DNA of 64,000 nucleotides, taken from Amphiscolops sp. MND2022 (lineage: Eukaryota). Positions within the stretch are counted from its first letter, which is position 1, and every line of letters begins with the position of its first letter. The stretch is taken from NCBI GenBank assembly GCA_964187785.1, contig OZ076413.1, forward strand, positions 45,386,001-45,450,000, given 5' to 3'. Below, piece after piece: positions 49,399-61,433 of the stretch. The notes beneath the pieces are model-generated. The model saw only the letters and a program-made list of their open reading frames with translations, was not told the origin of the DNA and ran no database searches. A program made the position numbers and the translations under genes.

Positions 49399-50582
49399 CA
49401 GGGGTGTTCAATATTTTATTCGAATATTATTATTGCTTTAAAATACAAATGAACGAAAATTAAATTAAAATCAGTACTCAACATCATACATCGTCGTAGA
49501 TATAAATTTTTAAAAAAGACAAATTAACACGCGCCATCATCAATTTTACAGAACCAAGACATACATATCATTCTTTCATACATAATTAAAAACACTGACT
49601 TACATAAACAAGGGCAGCGTGGAAAAGAATAAAAGAAACTTTCGTGATTAGAAAAGAGTTTCACAAACCGAAAACAAAAGTGATACGAGGACTTCAGCCT
49701 GTCCTCCTATAAGGCTATTTTTCGAAACACGTTTTCTACGTTAGGATGAGCCAATGTCGATTTCTATACAGTTTCAGACTCAGGGTATGTGATGGCGGTT
49801 TGTGGAAATCTAGGACAGCCTTCCCTCTTCAATGACGGCACAGACCGCCGTTTCGACTTGGTCGTTGGTTCTTTTTGAAGATCTACAACCACGAATGCAT
49901 AGAGTGGAGCTTCGAAGTAGCGCAAAACTTACTTTCGTTCTAATGAACGTGATGGAATCAGCATAGCTTTCATTTCTTCGCTCACATAGTTTTGCAGCAA
50001 GGCGCTTCATGACTTTGGTAGCTGTGGGTCCTGCACCGCCAGTACATGCAAAGATCAAGGGGTTGAAACTCGCGTTCTCCACTTCAACAATTCTCTGCTC
50101 ATATTTGAGTTTTTTTGCGATTCATGGTGGGTATAGGCTTCTCCGATTGACTTTATTATTGCTTTAAAATAAATTGTTTTATTTTCAGGGTGGAAAAAAT
50201 AAATTATTTTATTATTTGCTTCGCTAAAATAATTTTTATTCTCAGCGAAAAACGGATATCAACAAAAACTTAAATTAGCCATCCATAATCAGGCCAAAAC
50301 GCGGCGACGGCTTTTTTAATGGACTCTTCGACCTTTTGAGTCAGTAGCCCAAGGTACTTAACAAAGTTATTTCTAGAAATTAGCTCATTTTTTCCTCAAG
50401 AATTTATTTGGCTGACGGTTTGTTGAATTAAACGCTCTCAGTTTTAGTTATCTCAAGAATATTTATTTTTATTTTAAAAGGTCCAAAAATAATTATTTTT
50501 ATTCATTTGAGTGTAAAAATAAATTTATTTATTTTATTTATTATAATTATTTTTACCCATAATTATTCATTGAACATTCCTG
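49399..50582. mobile_element. hAT-type MITE carrying a retrotransposon insertion
   Basis: TIR CAGGRRTGTTCAAT, perfect 8-bp TSD CCTGAGAC (49391-49398 / 50583-50590). Confidence 0.85.
49446..50152 (-). mobile_element. 5'-truncated CRE-clade (REL-endonuclease) non-LTR retrotransposon
   Basis: Y.HHE..KKLKYEQRIVEVENASFNPLIFACTGG...FALLRS..LCIRGCR C-terminus plus 3' UTR; 19-bp TSD TTATTATTGCTTTAAAATA. Confidence 0.8.
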
Positions 50583-50663
50583 CCTGAGACTAATTTCAAA
50601 ACTTTCAAAGTATTTTTTCTCAAACTTTCACTAATTTTTCAAAAATATTTTTGGTGGTGGGGA

Positions 50664-51537
50664 CAAGGATGTTCAATAAAAAAATTACAATTGAATTGCA
50701 TCCTTGATGTCAGTTATTATTATTGCTGACCCAGAAAAAAATTATTGCACTTTAATTTATTGACCATCATAATAGAACAATGTCACAAAGAGTTTAGGCA
50801 TTGTTCTATTGAAGATACATCCCAGAAACTTCTGTTCATTTTCAAAAAAATTGACTCTCCAAGTTTACGGAGGTGATTTTTTCTGTACTCTGTGTCAAGA
50901 CTTTTCACAGTGCTGAATGAGCGCTCGACCCTGTTTGAAGTTGGTGAGATCCAACCCAAACTCACTTCTCTCGTTTCCTTGCTGTGCGCCAGAACTTGGT
51001 CCGCGAATGACATACTTTGATCAAATACTTCAAACGAATCGTCTTCGATCAGATCTCGTAACATGAAACGGTCTTCATCGTGCTGTTCGCCTTGAACTGA
51101 TTTGGAAAGCGCTTTTTCAGAATCAGGATTGCAAATTGGCTCCAAATTAGAATAATTGCGTGTTGTTGCTTTGTGCACCAAATTGAAAGAAAGATCATCA
51201 GTAATAACCCAATCTAGCCATCCATGAATATTAACAGCCTTTTTAGAAGCCTTCGGGAAGCTTAATGAATTCTGGTTACAAGACCTTTCCCATCCCGGAT
51301 GCTGCAGTTTATTATGATTTGATAAGTTAATATAACCTAAATTCGGTGCTTGCTTTTTCCCGCAATCAGAACATTTGAAATTGCGATCATCAATTCTTAA
51401 GAAAGATCTCTTCGTAAGTTCTTTGCCAGAAAGCATATTAGAAGTTAATCTCTTGGAACAAAGCTGCTCAAACGAGGGGTGTAAAATAATTAATATATTT
51501 TTAAATAATTGCAATATATACTATTTAAATTCTTTAT
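50664..51537 (-). mobile_element. hAT deletion derivative (BED finger fused in frame to hATC remnant), right end disrupted by a HINE
   Basis: TIR-like CAAGGATGTTCAAT at 50664; ORF 50783-51514 with FKCSDCGK..H and PTSNRVERSFS but no DDE core. Confidence 0.7.
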
Positions 51538-52382
51538 TTTTAGTCGGCGCATTTTAGTAGAAAGTGCGCCCGACTTTTACAGAGGGTAGTTTTTTTTTAC
51601 TCGTAAGGTCCCCTTTTTTGTTCATTTGTTCAACAACTTGAACTATGGAGGTTCAAAACACTCGAACCTCAGAAGCGCGTCCAAAACGAAAAGAAAAAAC
51701 AAAACACGTCCAGACCTCGAAAACACACTAAGGGTCCCCCTTAGCCCCACTTTTTTCGGCACTATGAGACTTTTTTTTGTTTCAACAAAAGTTCCCCCTT
51801 CAATTTTTTCACATTTCCTCCGCTTCCAATTCTTTCTTTTTCAGGTAGGTTCTTTGTTTTTCTGTCCGAAGCCTGTCGTAAAATCGGTTGATTTTTCATT
51901 GTTATTGATTGTGACTGATTACTTTTTTGACTGCTCTGATTGTTCATTGACTGCTCTTGTTAGTCGGCGCCTTTTCCCTTAAGGAAAAAAGGCCGACTAT
52001 TACAGTGGGTAGTTTTTTTTTCTTTTTCAGCCTACAATCTCTTTCTGAATGGTCCACTTTTCTTACAATCTTTGTTCATTTGTTCAACTAATTTTCTGAG
52101 AAGCCGGAGATTGTGGGTTCGATTCTCGCACTAAGCCACAATTTTTTTATGCTTCCAAAAGTAGAAGCGAGACCAAAGGGTTCCCCCTTTGGGTTTTTTT
52201 CCGGCACTCTGCGACTTTTTTTTCGAAAATTTTCGAATTCTATCAAAGGGGAACCCCCTTGCATTATTTTGAAGTTTTTTCGGAATTTTTTTCCCAATCT
52301 TTTCCAAATGTTTCCAATAGTTGTTCCTTGAATATTTTTGAGCCTTAGATATGGCGCCGACTTGGGACGTTCTCGTCTTGTT
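51538..52382 (+). mobile_element. Two tandem or nested HINE copies (starts near 51538 and 51960)
   Basis: Two TTTAGTCGGCGC 5' hairpins, one 3' GGCGCCGACTTGGGACGTTCTCGTCTTGTT end. Confidence 0.7.
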
Positions 52383-52410
52383 TGGATTTAGCAATACAAT
52401 ATATTTATTT

Positions 52411-52723
52411 GGATCTCTTTCACTATATCCCCCCCTACAGCAAAAAGGGGGACATAGTGAAACGCTATTAAATACATGTATTGCACATTCTAATAGCGCA
52501 GATCTGCTCTAATATAACAACGCTTCTGATTGGCTGAGTGGGGATTTTGATAATAAGAACCAATGAAAAGTGTCGTTAGTTATGACGAGATCAATTGATT
52601 GACAGAATAGCATGAGAGATTAGCCAATAGGAGATGAATATAAATGAGCCACAAACATTCTTTCTCTCTAGGGGGGGACATAGTGTAACGAGTGATATAG
52701 GGGGGACATAGTGAAAGAGATAC
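52411..52723. mobile_element. MITE with ~25-bp TIR and 4-bp ATTT flanks (Sola-like)
   Basis: ATCTCTTTCACTATRTCCCCCC inverted termini; ATTT on both sides. Confidence 0.6.
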
Positions 52724-55091
52724 ATTTGTTTTTTTACATAAATACATTTATAAGTTAATAATGATTTTAAAAAATCCCGCCTCAGGTGTCCAGCAATCAT
52801 ATGCGTTGATTGTGACCACCTATTTGGCTGGAGGACTGTCTGTAGGATTTTTGACTTTTCGCTCATGATTATGGTGTTTAATAAAATTTATTTCGTCAGC
52901 AAGGTAGATTTTCCGGGGGTGATATCGTATAAAAGTAAAGATTACAACAAGTACTTCAAGTACCTCGCACTTTTGTTTAATGTCAATAATATTGTCTTTA
53001 GTCCCGCGGACAACCAAAATAACCATTCTTAGCTGCTATGAAGCGGCCGCGCAACGTATTATTGCAGGAAGACGGCCACCACCACCTAAACCTATGTAAG
53101 AAAATTCTAATCGGAACGAAAGTTTAACATTGAATTTCTCGACAACTATTACGAATATAAGAAAAAGTAAACCAACAAAATGTCCCTTTTTGACCTGACT
53201 ACGTGTTGAGTAAACGTTTTGGAATTTTTGAGGAACGAGATTCAACAGAAATTGCACTAGAAGTCATAATTTACCGTGAACAGAAATGTAGTCAAATTGC
53301 TATGTTAATACATGTACTTGAGGGTAAGCGAGAGTGAAACTTCGCAGTGTGTGCTATGAGCATATGAATGCAACTCACCAAAGCGTGTCAGAAAGCGAAA
53401 GGAATGAAAATTAGAACGCGCTGTGAGTGGCTGTACGCGTAGCAAATAAGAAAACGGCCGCCACACACTTTGAAATAATCCCCCTTCTTAATAGAAATTA
53501 AAAATCAAAACCCGATTTCTCGAAGATGAAAAAAGATAGCAACAAACGATTTTCAGCATTCAAGAGCCCATCCAAAGGAAAGCTTAAGTTGAGAATATGA
53601 GCCTTGTGCGACCACGGGAACATATTGGGGGGAAGCTTTGAAAAAAAATGCGTATAAAATTTTGACGATTTTCCAAAAGCGAGTTTCCTTTGAAAATTTC
53701 GTATGATCGCTACAGTTGTTAGAAAATGTTCGGATATGACCTAAAATGAAGCTAAATGAATGTCCTAACTTGTGTCAAATGGAAAACAAATAATATGCAG
53801 CAGGGTTTGAGATTTGACCCAGCAAACCTTAAAAAAGGCCTTAAAATGGCCTAAATAGCTGTTTTTCGCGTGTTATTGCTTAGTACTCAACGAATAAGCG
53901 CAACAATGTCCGCCCCTTTGCAGCATACTTGAGAATGGAAGTGGAGGAGTGAATGAAATAATAAATAGAGTGCTGCGGCGCGCTAGCGAGAAACCCCCAA
54001 GAAATGAAAGTAGTGAAATTTTGTTGTCAGTACTGAAATCGACTTACCAAAATGCTAACCCCCCCGCACGTTTTGGGCGATATCGAGCTGAAACTTTCAG
54101 GGTAGACGCACAAGAGTCTGGCGCACAGCGTTTAGCAGGAGCGTTTTTCCGAAAAATGACCTGGTGTTGAGATATTGACCTCTAAAATTGGCGGTCAGGT
54201 CACGAAAAATCGAAAAATGACCCCTTTCAGAAAAAGCGTCACCAAATTTTGTTGAAACAAGCTAGAGACCTCATCTAAAGTGCAAAATACTCCTAATGGC
54301 TTGGGCTAACGATGTATATAGACCCCAGCCTGTATCTTTCAAATTGACTGAGTACGAGCTCTCCAAATTTGAGATTTGCGTGAAAGTTGAAAGGTGATTT
54401 TTTACTACCAAACTTTAGGGGCGTTTTTCACCATGAAGGAGTTGAAACAGAAAGAAAACTATGGGGTAAGCGTTTGTAGTCCTTGAACTGTACTTTGAAA
54501 CGATGTACTTGGTTTTAGCGCCCCGTAATCGGAACGCCTAGTTTTTGCCCTTAGAAGTTGTAACACAAGAATCGACTTTCTTAGCTCTGAATTAAAATCG
54601 CCTTTTAGGTCATTGTAAATTGTTGGAAATTGTTTCCTTCAGCCATATTTAGCTGACGAGAGTTGGCAGGGGCCGTGTGAGAAAAACAGACCTGACAGAA
54701 AGTGCAAATGTCAATCAGTTGGCCGAAGTTCAAGTCGTGCTTACAAAAGTGGGAAAAATTGAGTCAGTAACGCCTCCCCCTAAATCTCATTGAAAACGAA
54801 GTAAAACTACTAGTCATGATTGACAAGAAGGTGGAACGAGGACTAAGTCGTGTTGAGAAAATGTACTTCTGATGAACTTTTAGTACTGAAGTAGGAAAAG
54901 CTGTATTGCTCAACACTTAGTCAGAACCCGAAAAAGGAAAGATGATAAACTATGAATAATGAGATGACTAAACTGCCGAAAAAGCAACTTTGGCCGAAGT
55001 TTGCGCCATTTTAGCAACACACAAAGGGAGTTGAAATCTAGAGAACAGTTTGCTACTTTGAGTCCGATAGCTGAACCTATCGTAAACAGGC

Positions 55092-55258
55092 TAAGTGGCC
55101 TTAGAATACACGGAACGTGTTAAGTGGCCGTAGAATACACGGTTAAGCCTAAGTGGGCTGAGAATACACGGTTAACCCTAAGTGGGCTGCGAATACACGG
55201 TTAAGCATAAGTGGGCTGATAATACACGGTTAAGCCTAAGTGGGCTGAGAATACACGG
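55092..55258. repeat. Minisatellite, about 6 x 29 bp (TAAGTGGGCTGAGAATACACGGTTAAGCC)
   Basis: Tandem units directly visible. Confidence 0.9.
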
Positions 55259-56700
55259 AATTTGCTTTCACTCCAAGAACGAAAGAGAAATTGCGGCGAG
55301 TGGCTTTATTCGATGTCTTACTGATATCACACCCTACCCTCACGGATAACCAAAATCAACACCTTGCTAGAACTCTGCTTATTAATTGTCTGTGTTATAT
55401 GCCTTCTAGTATTAGCCGTAATATTCACCGTATTTGTCGATGTTACCTCATAGTACATTCTATTATTCGTGGTTGTGAAATTGTGTTTGTGTCTATTAAT
55501 CGTCTTATATTATTATTGTGTATTAATTGATGTTCCAACTACTCTTTTCATTCGTGAAAAGACCCCCTCGTATTTTTAACAGCCTAAGAGTAGCGAGACA
55601 AACCCCCGAGAAAGAGACCTGATAGCAAAGATAGTCAAAGAACGTGATTTCTTAGTCACACTTACTCCCACCGTCTTCAATTGTATTGATTCTTCTTTGC
55701 GGTTGAAGTTAATATAAATTTATGTAGATACTCAGCCAGTCCTTGTCTCGTGCATGGTACCTACGGGTTTAATTGAGTGGTAGTGGAGCAATCTTATGTA
55801 TTGTTAAAGCTACCGTAATTCCAAAAATCTTACACTGTCCAATGTTATTAGGGACTGGATAAACATCGAAGAATTTAGTATTCAGAAGTATTTATTTTTA
55901 CACCCCTGGCTCAAACGCCTTCGAAATTCGTTGAATTGTGTAAAAGATTTAACGAATCAAGAGAATTTCCAGTGATTCGCTGCTGTTGATATTTAATCTG
56001 AATTGTGATTGGATAGAAAATTTTCAGTTAGAACAATAGCCTACTTGCAGCATTGCAAACTTACAGCAATGCAATCTTGCAGCATTCTATTTGAAACCCT
56101 GTTCCTATTGGCTGATGAAATTCACTCACGAAATCGGCGCACTCTCGTATGACGTCGCAATTATTGCAATTATTCGGTGTCGGGTCACAAGTCCGAAAGT
56201 ATAAAATAAAATATCTTCGTCCATTAAGATTCCAGAAATCCCAGCGTCGTTCAAACGTGTAATGTATAATTCTCTGCAATCTGATTGGCTGCCGGGGTCG
56301 GACCGGAACGAAGTCCGTTCAAAGATGAAAGAAATGATTTTTTCAATTACCCCTAGTCAGCTATGTTCACATACTCCTAGTTCCCTAAATGCAGGAGCGA
56401 AGCGAAGCGGAGCGACGTGCCATATGGCCATGTCTCTATGTTGCTGCTTGTCGAAGGGAGCGAAGCAACCGAGCCATACAACAAGTATTTTCGGACTTGT
56501 GCAACCCAAATTTCTTTTCGGACTTGTGAATAGCCGCCAATTATTCTTTCTCGAAAGTCAAATATATTTTCTGAATACTAGAAATAAATTCTTTGTTATA
56601 TTTTAATTGCAATTATTTCTTTGTTTGGTATTTATTGAACACCCTTGGGTGGGAACCTTCTTTTCGACCAGGGTCTCTGCTGCGAGAAATCTAGCTCTTA

Positions 56701-57488
56701 CCCGTACTGAGATCCCATCGCAGTTCATCGATGGCCATCGCAGTCCCATGGGGCCCATCGATGGCCATCAATGGTCCATCGATGGGCATCGATGAGGTTT
56801 TTCTAACGTTGATCCCATCGATGGGTCATCGATGGACCATCGATTACCCATCGATGGAAATCGAAATTTTCGATCACAAAAATTCGTTCGACTTGGCCGT
56901 GTTCAAAATTTCAACAAAACTCTGGCCATTTAAGTTTTTCATTCAGTCTATTTAAACTTTGTTTGGGATTTCGAGGGTGCCCAAACATTTTATTCAGAAA
57001 TGAAGTTATACATAGTTATCCATATTATTTACCTTTGTGAAAAACCGGATTCTGTTGATTTTCCAAGAGAAAAACCCCAAATTTTTTGATACAAAAACGT
57101 ATTTTCAGAGTCAATTTTCTGCATATTTCAGATGTTTTCTTCTTACAAGCAGATGGTTTTCTCAGCAATGGAAGCTTGATTCCGTCGCATTTTTATGCGT
57201 ATAATTGCAATTTTGCCAGGTTTTTCAACTTTTTCAAACAATTCAAGGACAAGGCTCCGATATAAGTGATTTTCAGGCTCGAGAAAGCTTGCTCAGGCTC
57301 AAAAGGAAATGAAAGTAGGTTAAAATTAGATATATTTAACCCAAAAATGCTCCACAACTGCCCCCATGCGCTGGGCGATAATTCAAATCCCATCGATGGC
57401 CATCGATGGTCCATCGATGCCCATCGGAAAAAGTTGCGATGGCCATCGATGGGCCCATCGATGGGATTGAATGGAGTCTCAGTACGGG
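56701..57488. mobile_element. CACTA/EnSpm-like MITE with CCATCGATGG subterminal arrays
   Basis: TIR CCCGTACTGAGA / TCTCAGTACGGG, TA flanks, many ATCGAT palindromes at both ends. Confidence 0.8.
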
Positions 57489-57809
57489 TAGGCCTTTGAG
57501 GTTTTTGCCGGAAAGAGATTTTGACCTAACACCCTTTTCTGTCCCCCAGTCGGACAAAGCCATTTCATTGTTTGTGAACTGATAGAAACATTTTTGCGTA
57601 TACTAGCATCAGTTGCGTTAAGTCACCAGATTTCTGTGCTTCAAATGGGCGATATATGGGCATGAACATATTTAAGAAAAACTCAAATATGTAAAAAAAA
57701 TATGGGCGAAACGGCCTTTCATTAGTCTTCATATGCAGTTCAAATGCATTCCATTTCACTTTAACATGATTTCGCAATTTCTGAAGTCATTTTAGCCGAC
57801 GCTTTTAGT

Positions 57810-58343
57810 AAACAAGCCGGGACCGGTCTAAGTCGTTGCCATATCTAAGGCTCAAAAATAGCAAAAGGACTTCAAAGTGTCAAATTATTCTTTTCTACAG
57901 TACCCGAAAAACCCAAACGTTGGACCGAATTGGTGCGTCAGGGGGACGCTTTGAGATTGTTCATCCTTTCTGTCGCAAATCATCAAAAAAAATTGAAAGG
58001 GGACCCTTTAGTGAAAAAAAAATTGAAAAAAAGTCTCACAATGCCAAAAAATTGAAGGGGGTACCCTTTGGGGATACTTTTTTGGCGAAAAAATGTCCCA
58101 CAATGCCAAAAAAACTCCAAGGTGGGACCCTTTAATCCAGTTCGGTATTGTATGTTTTGCGGAAAAAAAAGGAAAAACTTTTTTGGTTCATTTCCTTGGG
58201 CCAACAGGTACAATTTGACATCTTAAAATTTTGTAGAACTTTTGGTAGAACTATTTTGGTCACTTCAAGTGTATCGAATAAAAACACTGACAAAAAGTCA
58301 TGACTACAGTCGACTCTTTTCTTAAGAAAAGCGCCGACTAAAA
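57810..58343 (-). mobile_element. HINE copy
   Basis: GCGCCGACTAAAA at 58331-58343 and the reverse-complemented 3' terminus at 57810-57858. Confidence 0.65.
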
Positions 58344-58452
58344 GAGCAGACTCTTTACAGTTACCAGTTTTTCTTCATTCTTTTTAACCTAACCTCGAAA
58401 CCCCTACTTCTACAAATTCAATAGCTTTCGAGTTTCTGAGCCATCAACATAA

Positions 58453-58519
58453 GGTGGTAATGTAACGGACTACCATGGTCGTGACGGCTAACGGGGAATC
58501 TGGGTTCGATTCCGGAGAG
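58453..58519 (+). pseudogene. Isolated 18S rRNA fragment (not a functional rDNA unit)
   Basis: CTACCATGG...ACGG.TAACGGGGAAT..GGGTTCGATTCCGGAGAG matches the conserved eukaryotic SSU 5'-domain segment; flanks are not rDNA. Confidence 0.75.
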
Positions 58520-59085
58520 ACACCCAAATTTCACATGAGATCGCCAATTGAAAAGAGTTTTTAAATGTTTCCACTTCTGGCAAATAGTTTATATATTGAA
58601 ATGCGGTTAAGTTGAAATTCGCAAATTTGGTGTTTCTGAGAACACAAGCCTCCACTTCTCAAAAAAGTATACACTCAAATTTTGCATTTCTGAGAAATGT
58701 AGGTAAAAATATGCTATTATGTGTTTTAAAGTTTTTTCGACCAAAATGGGAATCGCATATGGTTTACGGTTTACATAGAAATCCGTTCCATGGTTGTGCT
58801 ATATCGACTTTGTGACAACCGGGAGGATCGAATTTGGACCAGAGTCGTAACAGAACCTTAGATTACGATATTTAATCAGAGCCGATAATTGAAGTGACAA
58901 TCTGCACCCCTAAGTACTGCTTATTACTGAAAAATCCATTAACTTGAAAAACCCAAGTACTTGAAAATCAATGCATGAACTAGAAAAAAACCTCTGAATA
59001 TGGCCACAAACATTTTCTTAAAAAAATGCATCTCAATTTCAAGTTTGACACTCTCAGCCTAAAACTTCACAAAGTTGCTTACAAC

Positions 59086-59513
59086 CAGGAATGTAAAAAA
59101 TATATCTATATTTAAATATATTTATATTTTCAAATAAATATATTTATTTTTTGATTCAAACGAATAAATTACATTATTTTCCTTGTTGAATAATTCTTCA
59201 AAAAAAACGTTTTGCATAGTTAGTAGCATTGCAATGTTTACTCACACTTCTAATATTGTAGAAGGTCTCTTCCGTCGGCCAAAGGTGACACTTGACGATC
59301 AAAGAAAACGAGAGTTGCCAATGCTTTTCGAACAAGAAGTCTTCGTATTTGCCAACAAACGTTTATTGAACATTAAAAACGTTGATAACGTTGTTGCTAA
59401 ATTTGGATAAATATACTTTTTTTCCAATGCATATACCATTATTTTTTAAGGGAGCCATTTTCATAAAAGTATTTTTCTTCCAAAATATATTCAAATATAT
59501 ATTTACAACCCTG
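59086..59513 (+). mobile_element. hAT deletion derivative with hATC remnant
   Basis: CAGGAATGTAAA / TTTACAACCCTG termini, TSD CTTACAAC / CTCACAAC; TSNIVEGLF...DDQRKR..PMLFEQ..F..N. Confidence 0.75.
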
Positions 59514-60116
59514 CTCACAACCCACATGAGATACCCGATTTTAACGTGCGGAATATTCTAAGAATCGTTCCAAATGACCCACGCTCTTCAAAATGTCGAA
59601 ACCCACACAGTTTACTCGCTCTAAATTGAAATGGTGCAATTCAAATCTCAACCGTTGCAAAAGTCAGCAGTTATGTCGACTAGAGCTATTTGATTGACAC
59701 TTTTGTATTTAAACAGTCTAGGGAAGCGACATCCACGAAATGTTTCATGGATATCGCTTCCCCTGACACATCCAGCCAATAAAATAGCTGATGCCAACAT
59801 AGTCGCTCATTGTATCTGAAGCACGCTCCTAAAATAATGGAACATTAATAAACCCACGACACGGTGTTCTTGATTGGGTACAGCATTTGTTTGGGGTTAC
59901 TCTGCGACTGACTCTTCTTCAAATTCTCAATTACTTTGTAAAATTTCTTCCGTGCGTTTTCCAATCATTTAATGACAAAGTTTGGTGTCTATATGTCAAA
60001 TAAATCTGCCCTCTTGGCGTATTCATCTCGTTCCGACATGAGGGGTAACGGAATAAGGCATGGCGCCAACTCATACCAAGTGACAACTCATCCCAAGCCA
60101 CAACCAAACCAATTGT

Positions 60117-60993
60117 AAACGAGCCGGTAACGGCCCATGTTGGCGCCTGCTCAATGTTTAAAAGAGTAAAGTTTAATAAATATGCAACAGGACACTGTTG
60201 TTAAAATTTTGTCAATTTTACAGTGCCCGAAAAATCCCCGAGGGGTGCGCATAAGACACGAAAAGCGATTTTTTCAAAACAAATTTTTTTCGAAAAACTT
60301 TCTTGGAAAAAAGTCTCATAGTGCCGAAAAAGGAGCTTTCAGCTAGCAAAACTGCTTTTTGAACTTGAAAACATGAAAGTGAAGGGAGTACCCTTTGACT
60401 AAATGAAAAGTTTGTCGGAACAAAAGTTACACAGTGCCGAAAAAACCGCAGGCACTTTTCAACAACCATTGAAAAAACTCATCAGTTCCACATGATCTAA
60501 AAGTAATCAAAGAGGTCACCCTCAAGTCTCGGAAAACGGTTTTCCTTTGTAGAAAACATCAAAAAACCAACCAAAATTTTTTCGAAAGATGATTTTCATA
60601 ATTTTTTTAAAACTCTATCAAATCGCATAGTGCCAAAAAACAAAGCAACCCTCTATGTTTCTGCTAAAAACTGAGGGAGGGGATTTCGGTCGGAAAAAAA
60701 TCAGACAAAAAGTCGCATAGTGCCAAAAAAAGCCCAAAGGGGGACCCTTTGTTCTCCCCTCTACTTTTGCCAGCATTAAGAATCGGTTAATCGCTAGACT
60801 GGAACCCAGGTACTATTGATTCTCACATACTGTCTCAGGCCGTCTCAGAAATCACAGTTAAGCTCAGTCCAAGCGGAAGTTAGAAGTTACTAGACAAACT
60901 TATAGAAATACTTCTAGAAATAAATCAGTTCAGTGGGATTTAAAAAACCACTGATATAGTTGGTTCGTTTCTTACGAAAAACGCTGTCTACAA
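60117..60993 (-). mobile_element. Divergent HINE copy
   Basis: Internal AAAAGTCGCATAGTGCC / AAAGGGGGACCCTTT units shared with the other copies; degenerate termini. Confidence 0.5.
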
Positions 60994-61433
60994 AGCGACA
61001 ACACAAATTAACTCTATACTACATACAAACAAGAGCTAATCACTCTGTAGATACGAATGAAGGCGAACTTAAAACCAGAACAGTTTGCTAACCCATGCAG
61101 CTGTGAGAACGTTTTCCTCGTTTTTTTTCAGAAACAGGCCGTCTACTCCGATGCGCTAGAGGTGTTTTCAAATTATCAATACCAAATGAAAAACTCAGTA
61201 CTCAGATCACCTCTGTAGATGAAATTTTCGAAATAAAAGAATTACAGTCAGCTCGAAATCTGTGATGCCGCACTTTGGCCACAATTCCTAATGAATTTTG
61301 ATGTAGGTCCCATCTGTATGCTGTTCTGTGGTGAAGGTTATCGACATATCTTCCTCAAGGGATACAGATTCACCAGCTAATATTTGATCATCTTTCCAGT
61401 TACTTGCAAGTCAACAGGAGTTGCATTGTCTTT

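Noticed and set aside
53585..54595. TTAA-flanked Kolobok/piggyBac-like element
   Set aside because: Looks repeat-like, but I could not find convincing TIRs.
55092..55258. CRISPR-like array
   Set aside because: Units are contiguous with only a few variable bases, there are no unique spacers or cas genes, and the context is eukaryotic.
56395..56487. Helitron-like 3' end (GAGCGAAGCG... motif)
   Set aside because: No intact CTAG terminus or identifiable 5' end.
58453..58519. rRNA gene
   Set aside because: Only about 67 bp; no flanking rDNA.
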